Positions 12,801 to 28,500 of a DNA stretch of 64,000 nucleotides are shown here, one piece after another. Position numbers and translations under genes: made by a program. The stretch spans positions 1 through 64,000 of the forward strand of contig JYFJ02001049.1 in assembly GCA_000934665.2 (NCBI GenBank), read 5' to 3'. This DNA is from Catajapyx aquilonaris. Its lineage: Eukaryota. Each line of letters opens with the position of its first letter. Position 1 is the first letter of the stretch. A model generated the notes under the pieces. It searched no databases, was not told the DNA's origin, and saw only the letters and a program-made list of their open reading frames with translations.

Positions 12801-15800
12801 CCCGCGTTCACAACGACTGGCTGGTTCTTTAGTTCAGGAAAAGCCCCCGACTCAACATGTAGGCGTGAAATTAGCATCTGGCTGAGTGGATAGGCGGACG
12901 GAGGCAGGGGCTGGGAGGCCATCCAGGATGGCAATCCTATTCTGCATATATGGGGAGGGGAGTGGAGGAAGTGATGGAAAAGGAGGAGAAAGTACAGGAG
13001 GAGGGGAGAAAAGCGACAAAGGGACTTTTTGTGGAGGGGTAGCAGAAGGGAAAGCTGAGGGTGACTAGGTAACGTGGTGATTCATATGGTTGTTACAAAC
13101 TGCTGGTTATGCTGCTCGGAACAAGGGGTGAGGGTGTCGCAGAGGGGAAGGGGAAGGGGAAGGAAGGAAGGAAGGAGACGACATGTCGTTTCGAAGGGAA
13201 CAAGTGGTGGCATATGAGTATAGCTCGGTCAATAGGCACTTTCCTAACCTAAAACTGTTGACAGAAATGCTGGAAACACAGCTCTGCTCTCAGATCAGGA
13301 TGTATAAACGTATGGGAAGATGGGATCAAGTTGGGAGTTGAAAGGGAATAATCGAATATGGGAATAGTTGAGAATCACAATGAACATCATGGTGATGTCA
13401 TATAGGCTTGTGTGGAGTAGAAGATAAACTCTGCCTGCGAATGCTTAATTCCACAAATGAAGGGATGAAATGTAAATGAGAAGGTAAACCTTTGCCCGAG
13501 TTTCTGCGAACGAAAACAAATTCGGCTTTCCAATCATCGTAGGTAAACTTATGACTCATAATTAATGCAGGAGCATCCGCATAGTGAATGATGTTGGAAC
13601 CACGCCTTTAACATGCAAGTGAATCACTTCCTCCGCACCTGATGTTTCATATCCCATGGGAGAGATCTGGAAGGATGGCCACATTTGGCAGATTTAGTAC
13701 ATGACCGACGAATAATTACAGTAAACTCATATAGGCTATAGACTATAGCTCTCGGAGAGCATATCTGGCGAAAACTATATTTACGACTGTGCGTTACTAG
13801 GCCCAGAGAAAATTAACTGTAGGTAACTCGGAGCGGTATTAAAGCCCATTCTACTGAGGCTTATTTGCAGCGAATTTCATAGCACAGCTCTTGGAAGCTG
13901 CCCGAGGTCAGCCGGAAGGAAATTGCTCTCCAAACGCTTATGACACGGCCCACAACAATAGCCGGATATATGCTGTAGACCTAGTTCAGTTGGATCTGAG
14001 AGCCATCGTAGCCAGAGACCGACTACTTCAAATCTCAGGGTTTTGCTTGCCCATGTTGCCTCAATTCTACAAGTACTTTACGGAATTCTGCACGGGAGGC
14101 ATTACATGGGTAAGTGAAACATGTGTTCCTTTATCAAGGCAGTAGTACATATTAAAATGATAAATATCTAAATGATATGTTAAAAATAAGAAACTGATTT
14201 TTAATGCAGCTGTAACTTGGTATAATTATGCATAGATCCCTGATGCCCACGGGGTATCTGTATGCGCTGTCAAGGAAAGGGACTGCACTTCCGTCTAGGG
14301 ATTGTGATGGATATGGGAGGCAGTGACGAAGGAGGAAAGGGTACTGTAACTGATTGCTCGTGCATATAAATTGAGTGATTTGGTAGGGTTAGGGGGTAGC
14401 TTGCAAATCCTACTGGGCAACATGGCTGGCATGTCGCGACCGGTAAGGAAACAAAGTATAAAACACAATGAGTTTGAAAGGGCATAACAGTATTACTAAA
14501 ATGGAGTGTATTAAGAGACTATTTGCATAATACTGCTGACGAGGTTACATAATATGTTTGGAAGTACTGTACGGCTATTGTGTTGCTATGCATTGTTATG
14601 CTACTTATAATGAGAGGCAAGCCTTCGGGGGGCAGTGGAAGGATGAGTGGTGTCAGGCATAGTGTGCGGATATGCTGATGCGACAGTAGGGACGTGATAT
14701 GTCAAATGGATCGATTGACTCCTCGGCAGTGTGGATTTACAGGTGTCTGATGTGGACAGGCAGATACAAAGCGGCTGCTGCAAATCCCCGGAGATGGATG
14801 GCACCACCCAGATTTCCACATTCCCCTTGCGCTCGTCGATTCATTTCACTACGTATACGTATCCCGCCACCGGCCCAGCCAAGCTCTATATCCCCTGCTG
14901 GCCCCGCCAGCGATGTGCCAGCTTGGTTTTCACGTCTAACTGCAATGTGTGTGTGAGGCCGACTCCCATCATGAGAGTGCACGGATTTGGACGGGGGATT
15001 TTTGGAGAGAGAAAAAATATATCACACTCTTAGTGCAAAACGTTTGTGTAAATAAAGATTTGTTTTACTCAGATCATGAGGGTGATTTATGATGGACTTG
15101 CATTGTGATTAAACATGATTAACGACTGAATATGGACATAACTATTAGAAATGGTTGTACCGGCTGTTTTCATTGGGAGGTATCAGTTGAAATATGTCAC
15201 TTGGCTGTGCAGAGCAGGTTAGAATAATATTTAGATTCAGTTGGAAATGAGTAAGGCTGCGTACGACGCGACGTGTTAAGTATCTGTGGGAGAATTTTTT
15301 GTGTGCTGTGCGCTGTAATCTGGTTCATCCAATGGGGAGGTCATTATTTTGAGAGATAACTGGGAACATAATGGACTTGTGTTTTTACATGCCATACGAG
15401 GACTTTTTTTTTTACGAAAGTGGATTAAAAATGTTGGTATGTTCCTTCATAGTCTGGTGTGACATGCAGGGAAAGTGTGTAATGCGACATACACTTCAAC
15501 TGGTTCCGTCATCATGTGTTGTACTATAGTGTCAAGGTCCCGCGTTTTATATCTTACAAGTATTCGCCTGCCGGCAACTACATAGTTCTCGTTGATATAT
15601 CTCTTTCAACTTTTAGGCAATGGAATGAGCACGCAACGGCTCGTGCAATTGGCGGGGTCTTATGAAATATTTATTCTTAGTAAAGAGCTGTACCTAAATG
15701 TCCATTTCTGCACTATTCACAAGTCGAATTGTAACTAGACCACAGAAGAGCCCTATAAGTCTGAAAAAATTAGGATCAATACTGGCAATCATGATTTACA

Positions 15801-18800
15801 TATTGCACGTATATACCAACACCGGGATGGATTTTTCATGTCATATATCATATTTGCCATCTGCGTGTGCGAATGTGCCGTGCGGCAGCACACGACAGAA
15901 TGCAATGAAAACTGGGCAGAGCAGTGTATACTGTATAAAATGCACCAATCCGGCTTTTCTCACGATATCCCCAGTCACATTGGAGCTGAGATATGGGTGG
16001 CATGGCGTTATAAATCACATACTGTAGGATTCTACGTGGATAGATATGTACATTAAACTCTGTATTTGATGCTATCTGTTCGTACTTTTTATCTCGACCA
16101 GATTCCACCTCCCATGAAGAAGATTTTTTCTTTGTTTTTGCTTCCTAACCCGTTGGGAGCCGATCATAAATTGCAATTTTCCGAAGGGCGATGTGCGCTA
16201 GAGGGCGATACCCTACACAGTGGATGGAAGTTGAAGATATAGCCTGCACAATAATGGCTATATTTTTTATATACTTACCAAAAACATTGAGCACATACCT
16301 TTATTTAAAGCGTAATACCTGCACATTTCAAGTCACTTGGCTGCCATTTCAAAATTATAAATACTGTACAGTACCAATATGGAGTAAATATTACAACCAG
16401 TGATTTTAGTGCATAGATTTTTTAATTCTCAAAACCAAAATATCGGTTGCACTTTTTTAAAATACTGAGTTGCGGCTTCCTTCAAGTATACCAGTTACTC
16501 CTTCCTGTTTTCATTAGCTGATGTTGCGTTCAATTACACTGATTAAAAATAGTGGTAGTTTAAGAGTGAATAGTTAGAGTTTGAATCGATCGCATCGCAT
16601 TAACCCGCATGGGCAGCCCCAAAGCATGTAACTGCGCCTTAGAGACGTGGCCTTTTATTCATGCGGAGGACCTGATTTGTTTCCTACGCAACAGCTACCT
16701 TATTATTACTGACCTGAAGGTCGTTTTACGGCGTTTTGAATCCTCCAGGGAGGTAGCATAAAGGCATGTAAAGTGGAAAATCCATCCAGCCATATTTTAG
16801 GTACTTGGATTCTGAAGCACGCTTCTTTTTGAGAGAAAATAGCGCTTTGGAGTAGCTCCAAATGCAGCTTACGAGACTTTATGTGGCCAATTCAACCTCG
16901 AGGAAAAGCGAGCTTCCTGGTACATTTTTAAACAACGCAACTGCGCCTCTCCCTTCCGCGCTTCCCAGGCATTTGTCTCCATTGTACAAATAGGTGCTGC
17001 TTGTGTATTGGGGAATGTTTTTCCCTCTGAAAGACATCCCTGGGCGCCTCGGGGACCAGAGAATCACAGGAGCTTGCATACATTTCTCAACAAGTGAAAA
17101 GAAAAATTATTTACACTAGAAAGTCATTAATAACCGACCTTCTCACATCGCTTATTACACGCAGTCTGGAACGCCTTTCATTTTCCAAGCACACCGGAAA
17201 AGCTCGATTCCAACTTTGCACTTTGTAGATTCAGTGCTCTAAAGAACTGTCGAGTGTCTTTGACGTAAAATTTCCAGACGGTTCGGTTCGGCCTCCTGTG
17301 TCGCTACATCTTAGGGTCGTGACTTAATTATCTCCATCTGCTTCAATTCCGAGCAGAAAAACACGGCTTTACATGGTAAGGAGACGGAGACGAATCATTA
17401 CGGTAAATCAAAACGACGGGCCTTGCACCAGAGCGCTGGAAACTTTATTATGGGATGAGACATCGTGCTCGATTTTCATACACTCTGAAGAATGATGTGA
17501 CCATTTCATGATGATGTCTGCTGCTAATAGGATTTTCTCGAGATTTGCCAATAACTTCTCTCTGGCTAATTATTCAGAAGATGCTGCAGGGATTTTGTGA
17601 ATAGCCGAAAGATATATTTGATTAAAAGATTATGATACTCATGATGACTTGCTCCATAGCATGCAGACTATCTGAACACAAATGCCTTCGCAGGTAATTG
17701 AAGTCTGTTGGACATGTGATTTAAATTCTCCAAACCTGGTGGCTGGTGGAGATTGGCGCAGTCATTGCTGCAATATAACGACGCCAATCATGGATGTAGA
17801 CTGCAACAAAGTTATTAAAGTTTTGGCACTTCTGTTTTCTCATCATCGAGAAACTCTTGACAGTACACACTTGAATGGACAGCCAAGGAAGAATCTCATA
17901 TGCAAAATGAAAGTAATTACGGAGGCAACTTTAGCGAAAGAAGCAGCCCTCTTTTGACAGGGATATTTGACAGTCCAAAAGTATGATTGCATTTGAAGCA
18001 CAGTCGCAATAACCTTGGCATTAACCTTGTCACAATGAAATGTTGATTTTGTCCCCTTATTTCTCCAAATCTGTCACCTCCCAAACCCGGCAGCCCCATC
18101 CTTTTTGGCAGCCGCCGCCTTTATATTATATAAGCGAAAAGACGGGTCGCGCATATTCTTTCTGAATTTTTATACTAGTCCTCCCCGAATATATGACACA
18201 GCTGGATATATTTTTTTTTGTCCAGGAGCGATCGATGGAGACATAAACATTGAGGGTTTATTCCAGGCGGTCGCATAATGCTCGTTATATACGGCGGTTT
18301 AAAGGCCCCGACCGAGAGACGTGGCTGCTGTTTTGTCCTGGCCAGACATAAGCAAGGAAACATGATCAAGGGTGGGTGGGTGGGTGGGGTGAGTGTCGTA
18401 AAAGGCGACGAATGCTCCAGTGCTGGGGCCTGATGCCTGCCTGGGTAATTCGTCCCGGACACTTACTTGAAAGGCGCACCCCCTCCCCCTCCCCCCATCT
18501 GCTCAAATAAGAACCCCGGGGGCTTCATTCTACTTTCTGGTAATTTGTCTGCTGGGATCTGCCTGGAAATTAGTTCTGTGGCTGCCTACCAGCAGCGTAG
18601 ATCTTTCTGGAGCCAATGTGAAGATTTTCTCCCGGAATAACGGAAGTGATGCTTTGTTATGCTCTGAGGCGAAGTTTCGAGGTTGTTATTTCAATGCCTT
18701 ATTGGAAGTTCCATCAGGGGAATGAACTCGGCTAATTGTGAAGCGTTGACAAGTTTGTAATAACATGCGCAATGAATAGCGACGCATATGTTTTGAGCGC

Positions 18801-19268
18801 CACAGTATACATTGTTGCTAAAGTGTTTAGCATATTGTAGTACAGTAACAGTATAATCCTCACCTTAATATGATGCATGGGATAAAATCTGTACTGTAAC
18901 GGTATAGCGATACTGTAAGGTTATGCAAGTAACCATCTGCATAAACCCTTCAATTCACGGTGAATTACCCCCAATGAACACGTCCTCCGTAATTGTCACA
19001 GATGTTGGTTTAACCAGTAGGAAACTATTGAAGTCGCAATAATGAAGCGTGTCTTTTGACGCTCCGTGACGAGGGGGGTGGGTAGGTGACAGAGAGGAGG
19101 GTCTAGGTTTTGTCCAACTTTCAAACTCCTTCAACCGGCTTATTAGCACGGAGGACTGGTTTTACAGTGGCGAAGTTAAAGGAGCGGAAAACAGTTTCTC
19201 GACAGCTCTGCTTGAGCCCGCACCTTGCACAATCAAGCCTTGCAATGGATCACTTTTGTGCAAAGTCA

Positions 19269-19288
19269 TACACACACACACACACACA
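19269..19288. repeat. (CA)n microsatellite
   Basis: cacacacacacacacacaca. Confidence 0.85.
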
Positions 19289-22200
19289 TACATATACACT
19301 ACAGTTTGGAGAGATGCCTCCGAAAGTTTGCAACCTACTGGCCAAAAAAGGCCCGCCTGCTCCTTAAGCCAATCCATTATAATTTTCTGAGGAAGAACAC
19401 GTTTATAGTATCCTATCTTATGGCTGGACCCACTTGCTCCATTTATCTTCATCTGAGCCTCCCTCTTCCAAACCATCCCCCCTTCCGGCCCCCACCTCTG
19501 CTCCCTCGCCTCTCACAAAATCCAATTTGCTTGCTTGCAATAAATTTGCGCTGATTTGCTTTCCTTGGTGAGGCCTCCGCAACACCTCTTGTCTCTGGCG
19601 ACAAGAGCAAGAATGGGTCCCGGAGTAAGAGAGTCAACTGCACTTACTAATTGGCTGCCAGGAACACCTTTGTGCAGGACTTTCTAATTTTGCTGCACTT
19701 TAGAGCCATATTTTCCAGAGTTCAAACTTGAGCATTTGCTTACCTTTCAGAGTTCGTGTAAAGTTTTACTGAAAAATAGTTTCTCCTGACAGAAATATAT
19801 TTCCAGTGTTCAGGAAAGAAAAATGTTTATATTGCTTAGTGAAATTAAATATGGGTGTGGTGACATGTTAAATTGCATGACTTTTATTCAACAAGAAGAA
19901 AGTAAGAATATATCATAAAATGAACTAAATTTTATTTAATAAGTTTGATATCGTTTTAATACACACAAATATAATGATTATTTTCCTGCATATCACATTG
20001 TGCCTTTTGACTTTCATTATGCAAATGACGTAGGGAAAAATTAGTTTCTATACGTACATAATCTGCCCTGAAGATGTTTATAAGTGCAGCGTAAAGACAG
20101 ACTGGAGTTCCAGTTTGAAGAGCCTGGAAGTTGTAAGTGTAAATTAACTCGCATAGTGTGCCTTTTAGAGGTAGCTATGAAAGATGATGCACTGCAGCCA
20201 CGGCACTGGAGAGAATTTTGAGAATACTAACCGAAGAGGGCATCATAAGACAACAACGACTCTCTGGAGACATCTTCAGGGCATTGCACCTTCCCGTTTG
20301 TTTCCAGTCATTACTATACGATTCAGTTCTTGATAATTGAAGCTTTATGAGGTTTAAGACAAAAATATCAGCGTTACACTATATTGTATTTTTATTATTA
20401 TTATTTTTATTATTATTTTTCTAATATTTCTTAACTTTTTTGTTTTCTTTTATATTCATAAAGACAGTTTCACCCACAATTAAACTACCAGACTGTTGTA
20501 ATACTGTACATGTATTGAGACAAGGAGAAGATAACTGAGTAGCTGGAATGTTGTGTACTGTACTGTACGTAATCTGGGTCGCTGAATTCGAGTTTCCTGC
20601 AACGTACACCAGGAAAAAGTCAGGCTAAATACAGCAGAGTAATTAATAATGTTCCAGTTGCAAGCCTATACATACTGGCACGTGTTGTTTTCTTGTTGCG
20701 AAATTATTCAGCCGCGAGCTTATGGAACCAGCTTGCCCTTTTGTTAGTGGGAAGTGTGCTCGCATTTGGGCTTTCGTGGAACTGATAAAATTTTGCATAT
20801 CATGGGGGTCATGAGTTACGTAGTCGTCATCATCATCATCAGCGTCATCTTCACAGTTGATCAATATTTGAAGACCTGAAGTGTAGAACTATTATTGAGA
20901 GATATGAGGTTGAATATTTCATTACCTCTTTGCCACAGGTAGTACAGTGCGAAAGTGACAAAAGGCCAGTGGAGATCTCACACAACATGTACGGTACCAT
21001 ATTTTTGGAGAATTTTAAATTATTCATCAACATAACTTTATGAGCAGACCTTGTTTAAATTTTCATTGTATCGCAATGTTGTTGCACTACATTATTAGAA
21101 TTTTAATGAACTCTGCCCACTTCTCCGTATAAAAATAATTTTTCCAAACTACGTGTGTTTTGCCCGAGAGAAAAACCTTGGGGGCAGCTGTACTTGCTAT
21201 GCGCCGGAATATTTTTAGATAATAACCTTGATTGTCAAAAACGTGGGTGGGTAAAGTGACCCTAATGCTATCGGGCAAGCACAAAACAGCTACCATTGCG
21301 GCAATATTTGCGGCCAATCGCATAATCTGGTGACCATGTAAAACGCGCCTTTTGAAACATGGATGAGCGAATGTGAATTTGGATCATATTTTGACGAGGT
21401 AGATGACGGAACCACCACCATGTTGGCTAAACACTGCACACGCAAATATTTGAATGGGATGTATAATCATCTCTTGTTTTCACACAAATGATACTATTTT
21501 CCCTTAAGCGTTTTGAACATCAATGCCAAACAGGGTGCAATTGTGCATTTTGACACGTGGCATGCACCACGATGCATAAAAATAACTGCAATCAGCCCTC
21601 ATTCACCTTTTGTTTTATTCCCTAGTTTCCCTCAGAGGAAGAGGGAAAAAAAGCCTGAATTATTATTTTTTTTCCAAAAAAAGGGGGACGCCCTTCAGAA
21701 CAAACATCCAACACAGTGAAATAACCTCCCCAGGAGGGATTTTGGCCTGCCTTGCAGTTGGATTGCAAAAAGTGCGGGGTAGAGGGGCAATATTTCTCCC
21801 CGGAGAACGAATGGCAATAAGAGTTAGCTCTTTTATGGCTCCATATGCACTGGCACGCAATTCGGTGCATGTGGGGGCTGCCAGATGCAACTTCAGGCCT
21901 TTAATGGCACTGCTATATGTATGCGTCGTTTGGGACTGTGGATTTGAATCCATATAATGAGCGTCAGATTGTCTCACTCTGTACCCCCGTTATGACCATA
22001 GTTCCTGTCCGATTACCCAACTGCGCCATGCACGCGGTTTTAAAGGGCGGAAAGACAGTGGTCATCAACTGGGGTTGAAATACAGGCTTACTTTTTCATT
22101 CCTGCCTGGATCAGAAGTGCGATTCGAGTGCGGCAGTAATGTGGCGCGTCATTTGTCAACTTCGTTTATTTTCATTCGAAGCCAAATACGTCCTGACATG

Positions 22201-25200
22201 GTGACTCCTAATTAGAACGAATGTACTTTTACGGGAAGGTTATTGGATGTCAGGGGTGATTCATGGATGGTCTGTTGTTGAAAGCTTCATAAAGCAGGTC
22301 AACGGGGTATGACAACAGAGGCGTGAAACACGCAGTTCGCTTCATCAGGTAATGATGAAGAGGAACCCAAATAAGTTTGTAGATTCCGTTCACACGACAT
22401 GATTAATTATTTCTGGGGTAATGGCATTGTATAAATGCAGCCAAATGAATACTCTGTAAACATGGCCTGAATAAAGTCGAGTCCTAAAATGTCAATATCA
22501 TTTTTTAATCATACAAGTGACATCACCAAATACGAAAACATGGCATATCCAGATGCGCATTTTCCGAGTTTAAATTTTTTTTAAAAATCCTCTGCTAAAA
22601 ATTTAAATACGAAGACATACGGTCTATATAATTTAATGTTAACTGCGCAGGAATATTGGATATTCATTCTAGAAGGCAATAATAATCTGTTACCGGATCC
22701 GGATAAAGTTTTCCGGAGAGGCGCCTTCGCACTCTCGCCTTCTACATTATTAACACGGAATGGTTGCTACAGCAGAACTAGTTCATCAGCCTGCGAAAAG
22801 CAATGTGGTGTGCGAGGAGACGGCAAGAAGGGAAGGGAACTTCATAATTGATCTAGATTGGAAGTCGTTTTTGGGTCTTCTTCTTCTCCATTCGAGAAGA
22901 AGTTTCTGGTGCTGACTGTGGCCGAAGGATGAAGGAGGAGGATGGTGCAGGATGGTGAAGTATACTGGTGATGCTCTAAATGAATATTCACAGGGAGAGA
23001 AGTGGCCACAGGCTAAACTGGTCTCATTTTCACCTCGTTAATAATGCATGCGGCTGTTGACAGTCCAGAGTTGTCGCGAACAATCTCGCTTTTCATCCAC
23101 TCCAGTCCTGAAATGTGTGCCTAATATCTCAACCAAACTTTAGCCTCAATGGGGGTCCCACACGAGAGTTAAATCCATTTTAGGCTAATCTGTGGTTATT
23201 ATTTCAATAGCAGGCGGGATCGCGGGAATGAATGAGCGGATAATGCGGTTGCGGTAGACTGAAATGAGCTACTCAGTGTTGTTCAATATTGTAAATCCAA
23301 CTAGGCATCGCTATCTCTGTTAATGCGAAAGTCATGCATTGTCCTATATGACATGTTGTGCAGGAGTTAAACGTCCTGTCCTGGTCCTGTAGTGTAGTGT
23401 TATCGGTGCACAAGTTGGTGTACATTGTCTTTGTTGGCACCTTCAACAATGTGTTGGGGGTAGATCCTGATGTGTAATACTTGCAGGTGTGAACGTAGGT
23501 ACCCTGCTTTAATTTGGAAATTCAGGTGCATGTTCCAGTTCGCTTGTTTTTTTGACTGTGATCGGTGGGCCATGCCCGCATCTCTTCGGGAGGTATTCAG
23601 ATGCACTCTAATCAGCAAATGAGCTACTGCAAAGCAAAAATCCGGAAAGCTATTTGAAAACATCATTGAAGGCGACAGATTAGCGGTTTGCTTTCCACTG
23701 GTGAATGACTTCGGCGGTGCGCTGCGGTGCGCATTACGCTGCAAAATCTCCAAAAAGGATTTACATTGCAACAAAAGCCGTACATTCAAAGTGCGGTCCT
23801 GTAATGCGTTTCCACCAGGCCTTTTGCACCGTACAAAAAAAAAGTTCACAGGCCAGCACAAACTGCCAATGCTTTGTTAGCCAGAAATCAAGGAATGGTG
23901 CAAGCGGAGGAAAAAGAGTTGATTGGCCAGATATTCGGAATGTCCGTCTGTCCATCACAGGACCTTGCTGGCTTTTGCTCATTCCGATTTACATGGGCAT
24001 AAAAGCTTGGGCAGAAAGCGGCGTAATGTGGCACGGGGATGTAATGGTGGCCACCGACGGAGCCGTTAGCAGTGCAGGGTTTAGACCGGACCAAGGAGCA
24101 GCAATTGGGGAAGCGGGAGTAATAAGTTTGCAGGTCTTAGCACCCGCGGGGAACATGCCATCAGCTCAATTCGAAGCCAACTAAAGTGAAGCAGGAGCCT
24201 TCTCGCCGGATTTTGCCTTTTGTTGCTGACTAAGGAATAATGGGGTGCACCCTGGAGTGAAGTTCATTGGCCCAATTGTATCAGCCCACATCGTTAGTTC
24301 GGCTCTTCAGTTAGGAGGTATTAAGTTCCTTGGGGTGTACGCAGCAGATTTAGCGACTATTATCTTTAGAGGAGAGTAGACAAAGAACCAGCCATGGATG
24401 AGGACAGGGCGTAAAGGCCAGCATTTTGTTTCTCCCTATGAAGGCCTAGGCAGCTAGGAGTACCGTACTGTTGGAAACCACAACAGGAGTCCGCTCTCAT
24501 TCGGAGCCACACTACTTTCCCTGAAGCTGCTTGATACCCGGAAGTACCAATGGTGCAAGTATAATGCAACAGTAAGGCCTGACAAAGTATGCAATTATAG
24601 AAATATCTATTTCGTGGGCATTTTCACAATGATACTACACATCACTTGAACAGTGCATCATTACAATAATGTCATTTGATGAAAATACGATCCTCATTCT
24701 TCCCTTTCCCGTTATATTGATTTGGCAGAAGCAAGAATCTTTATCCGTACTTTTCATTGGTTTTATATTCTGCCTAGAACAGCGCTTTCCAAACTTTTTT
24801 CCCTCTAACCAGCCCATTTTCAGTACAAGGACTTCCTCTCCAACACTCGAACTATTCAAATTAGGAGCGTGTACTGGCAATGAAAATTTTATGTTAATTC
24901 AATTGTGATGAGTTTCACAATATGGACTTCGATTTAAAATCGATTCGTTGGCCCTTTTGGTATGTAGGCTACGTATAATTTAAAACGGTATTAATTGTGC
25001 CACATTTGCAGTAGCTGAGCTTGACGATTCAACCTGTATTTTTGGCAAAAAATATTCCCAGATAACCAAGTAGATTCCCCACTCAAGCTCCGTACCATCT
25101 TGAAGTATTGATCAAGTCATCCTGATCACCCAATTTACCTTTTTCCTTCTTTTGTGTCCTACCTTCTAAATTGATTCGCATGAGAAATGGGATTCGGTGC

Positions 25201-25401
25201 ATGGGGATTTTCAACTACGTCCTTTTTTTGCAGATTTTGCTTTTGCACGATGTAGAAAATTCGAATCTTTACGGATAATATTGAAATTATGTCGATATGT
25301 GGCCCAGCAATGTTATGTGCAATTGAGGTTTCTAACTGTGCTTCCATGTCTTTTTTAAAGCCGGTCCATGCATTCGTATGACTCTGAAGTCTAAAGAGTG
25401 G

Positions 25402-25514
25402 GGGTGGAATTTTCGTCCCACTACTAGTTACTGCTAACTTAGCAGTACCATTGCCAACACTGCTGGTACTGCTAAGTTAGCACTAATATTAGCAGTGGGA
25501 CGAAAATTACACCC
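25402..25514. repeat. ~113-bp inverted repeat (hairpin), possibly a tiny foldback/MITE-type element
   Basis: It has a perfect 19-bp inner stem (25432-25450 / 25464-25482, 13-nt loop) and a perfect 15-bp outer stem (25408-25422 / 25494-25508), with terminal gggtg/caccc. Confidence 0.85.
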
Positions 25515-28500
25515 TGGGTTCACACGATTATTTATTTTGCAGTTTGAATACGTCTTTCATCCCGGAGCATTGGGTACGATTACTTTTAAAAGTAAATAAA
25601 AATCGATGCTACTGCCTATGTTTAAATATTACTGTAATATATGAATATAAATCAGCCTTGATTCTGCATTTGCAATCAATAATAGGAGGTAAATAGAATA
25701 ATTATTTAACTCATATGACCGGTACAGTATGATGTCAATGTTTCCGACGTGCTTATCAATGACTTTGTTTCGACAGAATAGAAACACTGTATAAAATACT
25801 GCTTTTGAAACTTTGTTGGTCATATCATAATTGAAATTTTACATAATCGCTGGAGGGCAGGCATGCAGGAAACATAATTTTCAAAGCAGCATTTTTTCAC
25901 TTGAAGAATACGTAGTTTGGATTTGCGATTCTTCTATAGCGATTTCAAAAGTGACATTTGCCATCACAGAGCTGGTGCCACATACGCGTAGTTCGTGGAC
26001 TATTTATACCATAACTATGTAACATATGGCATGTGGCATTGCACAGCATTTCCAACTTCTGCATATACTTATTTTAAACAACGATTAAATGCCAGTGCCA
26101 ATTATAACTTTTCCTGCACTGAATCATAATTTCCGCAAATGTTCTGAACGATATGATGCACACCTAAAACACTGCTGACAGACAGCAATGATGAATTCAC
26201 CGCCAAGCCCTGTCACGAAATGATCCCAATTTATTGACGGCGACCCACCCAATTGGCCCATAATTGATAGCATTACCCGAATGAACATCCTGCAACCAAA
26301 TTCCCCACTCTTGCGGTAGTATCGCCTCATTGGCGGTCGTGTCCCTCCCTGCACATGGAATTGTTGATGAGTCCCGTTCCGCCGAAGAACCCAAGCATTT
26401 TCGGAGCAGTAGGCCTCTGAAGTTTGCAACCCCCCCGGAGTGCAGTGGTGGGAAAACCTTACCTGACTTACGAGGCTAAGGTCGGAAGAGAAGCCGATGC
26501 TCCGAACCGTGAGAATCGAGGCAGCCCACGGGGAGCATTTGAGAAATAAGCCCACTCATGCTGATGGAAGTGTATGCATCTGATGGAGAGTAATCTCTGG
26601 GGAAGCGTGTTAACGAGGTGGCCACGCAGGGCGAACTAATGCATGGCCAGCAGGGGGACGCAACGGGGTCAGCTCCCTTGGTTTATGCGGGCAGGCAAAA
26701 GCAGCAGGACGCAGAATGGCGGTGTCGGATCCTCCAGAAGACTGCTTGGGAAAATCTCCAGGTTGGCGGTGAATGGAGGCAATCCTGTACCGGCTCCTCT
26801 GGCGCACCATAAAGCGCCGGGCTGCAAAGGCCCATCAGGAGGGAAAAAGAGAGAAAGTAGTTGTAGCTGGAGGAGGATCATGAAGACTCACGGAACCCGA
26901 TCGCACGTGGGATGCAGGTTTTCTTCGCCTTTATTGGACCTTGGTGGCTCCTTTTCCTCGCTCTCTTTCTGGAGCAGTTACACTAGCGTTGTTCCTGCGA
27001 ATACTTCCTCACTCGCTAGGATCTACAGTGCCGGGACTCAATCAAGGAAGTCAGCTAGGAGCTGGGGAAATTTTGCACCTGGGCCTCTCTGTTTTGTAAA
27101 CAGTGAAGAGAAAAGGGGGATTTACATTTTCGACCCGGTAATTAACAATGAAGTATTTTCAGTCTGTATATCAGGGTGATTGAGACGGAAGTATTGTTTA
27201 TGTAAGCATATGCTTAAGATACAATAATACTTGCACCAGGTTATAGGGAACTGCACTTTAATGATTGTGTCTGTTCATTTGGCATTAGCCTAGTTTACGT
27301 TCTTTCGGTGTCTTAGCTACACCTTTCATTAGCACTGAGTATAGGCCATGTCCTTCAAACTTCATGCATGGTAGATCTACCTTGGGTGGCATGAGAAAGG
27401 CTACCTACTGTATGTAATAAATCTAAAGCAATTCTGTCTGTCATATGATGGATCCATGACACGACCAGTTTGGATAAAAGGAACCAAATCATTCTCTTCT
27501 TCACCAGCCTAAATATGGCCTTACATTAGGAAGAATAGCAGTGAGGTTCTTGTTTGCATCATTCTGCCTCATATATATTTGTTTCATGATGTTGTCATAG
27601 ACTTGCTGCTATTATTGAAAAATGCATCGCAGAAAAAGTCTGTATGTGGTCTCTCTGCATTCAGGACTCGATAAGAAATCCAACCTTTTCAGGTATCGAG
27701 CGGTATGGTCACGGGCAGAAATCCATCCACCCCCGCAAGAGGCTTAGGCCATCTTTCCATTGGTTTACTGACAATCTCGGACGGGTTCCAGTATTAGGGT
27801 ATAACTGCATACAAATGAGAACTGTGCATTTGTCCGGCTCGGCGCTGCGTAACCAAGGATCAAAATGTGTTATTACTTATTAGCATCTATTTATGTGGAC
27901 TAAATGTTGGTTACTGTATTTGATTGGTTACATGATCGAGTGATTGTATACGTATAGGTACGCGTCGAGAGAGAATGCACGTCAGCCTAACAAATGAAAT
28001 TATATTGATGCAAACTTCATGTCACTTTGTCACATTCAAACTGTTATGTGAAGTTCATCTAATCTGCATAATATCTAGTTCCGCAATAATTATTCTGCTG
28101 CATGCTGAATAGGTCGAAGGATGCAAATACAATAGGACTTGTGAAAGTTTCGCTACCGTCGATAAGGTCATATACTATAGAAGCATTCACATTGTGGTCG
28201 AAGTTTGAATTCTTTCTTTTCTGATGATATGAAAATGAAGCGTGGTGAATGCAATGTCCCTCCGCCAGCAAAAGTTGGCTGGGTTGGAAGGTTTTGTTCA
28301 GATTTTAGGTAGTGATGGAGTGCCTTGAATACTGAGCAGCCAACTCGTTACCCTGACTCAAAAAGCTATCTCTTTTCTGCTGCAATGCTCTTGGAAGCAT
28401 CCCTATCCTAACTTGCTAGTAATACCCTTAGGGACGAGGAAGGACATTGTTAGCCTCTTATTCTGTCTTCTTTAAAGGCAAACAAGCACTGTGTTATATT

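Noticed and set aside
22840..22975. Possible minus-strand exon open in several frames
   Set aside because: The acceptor is weak, the sequence is low-complexity, and no peptide is recognisable.
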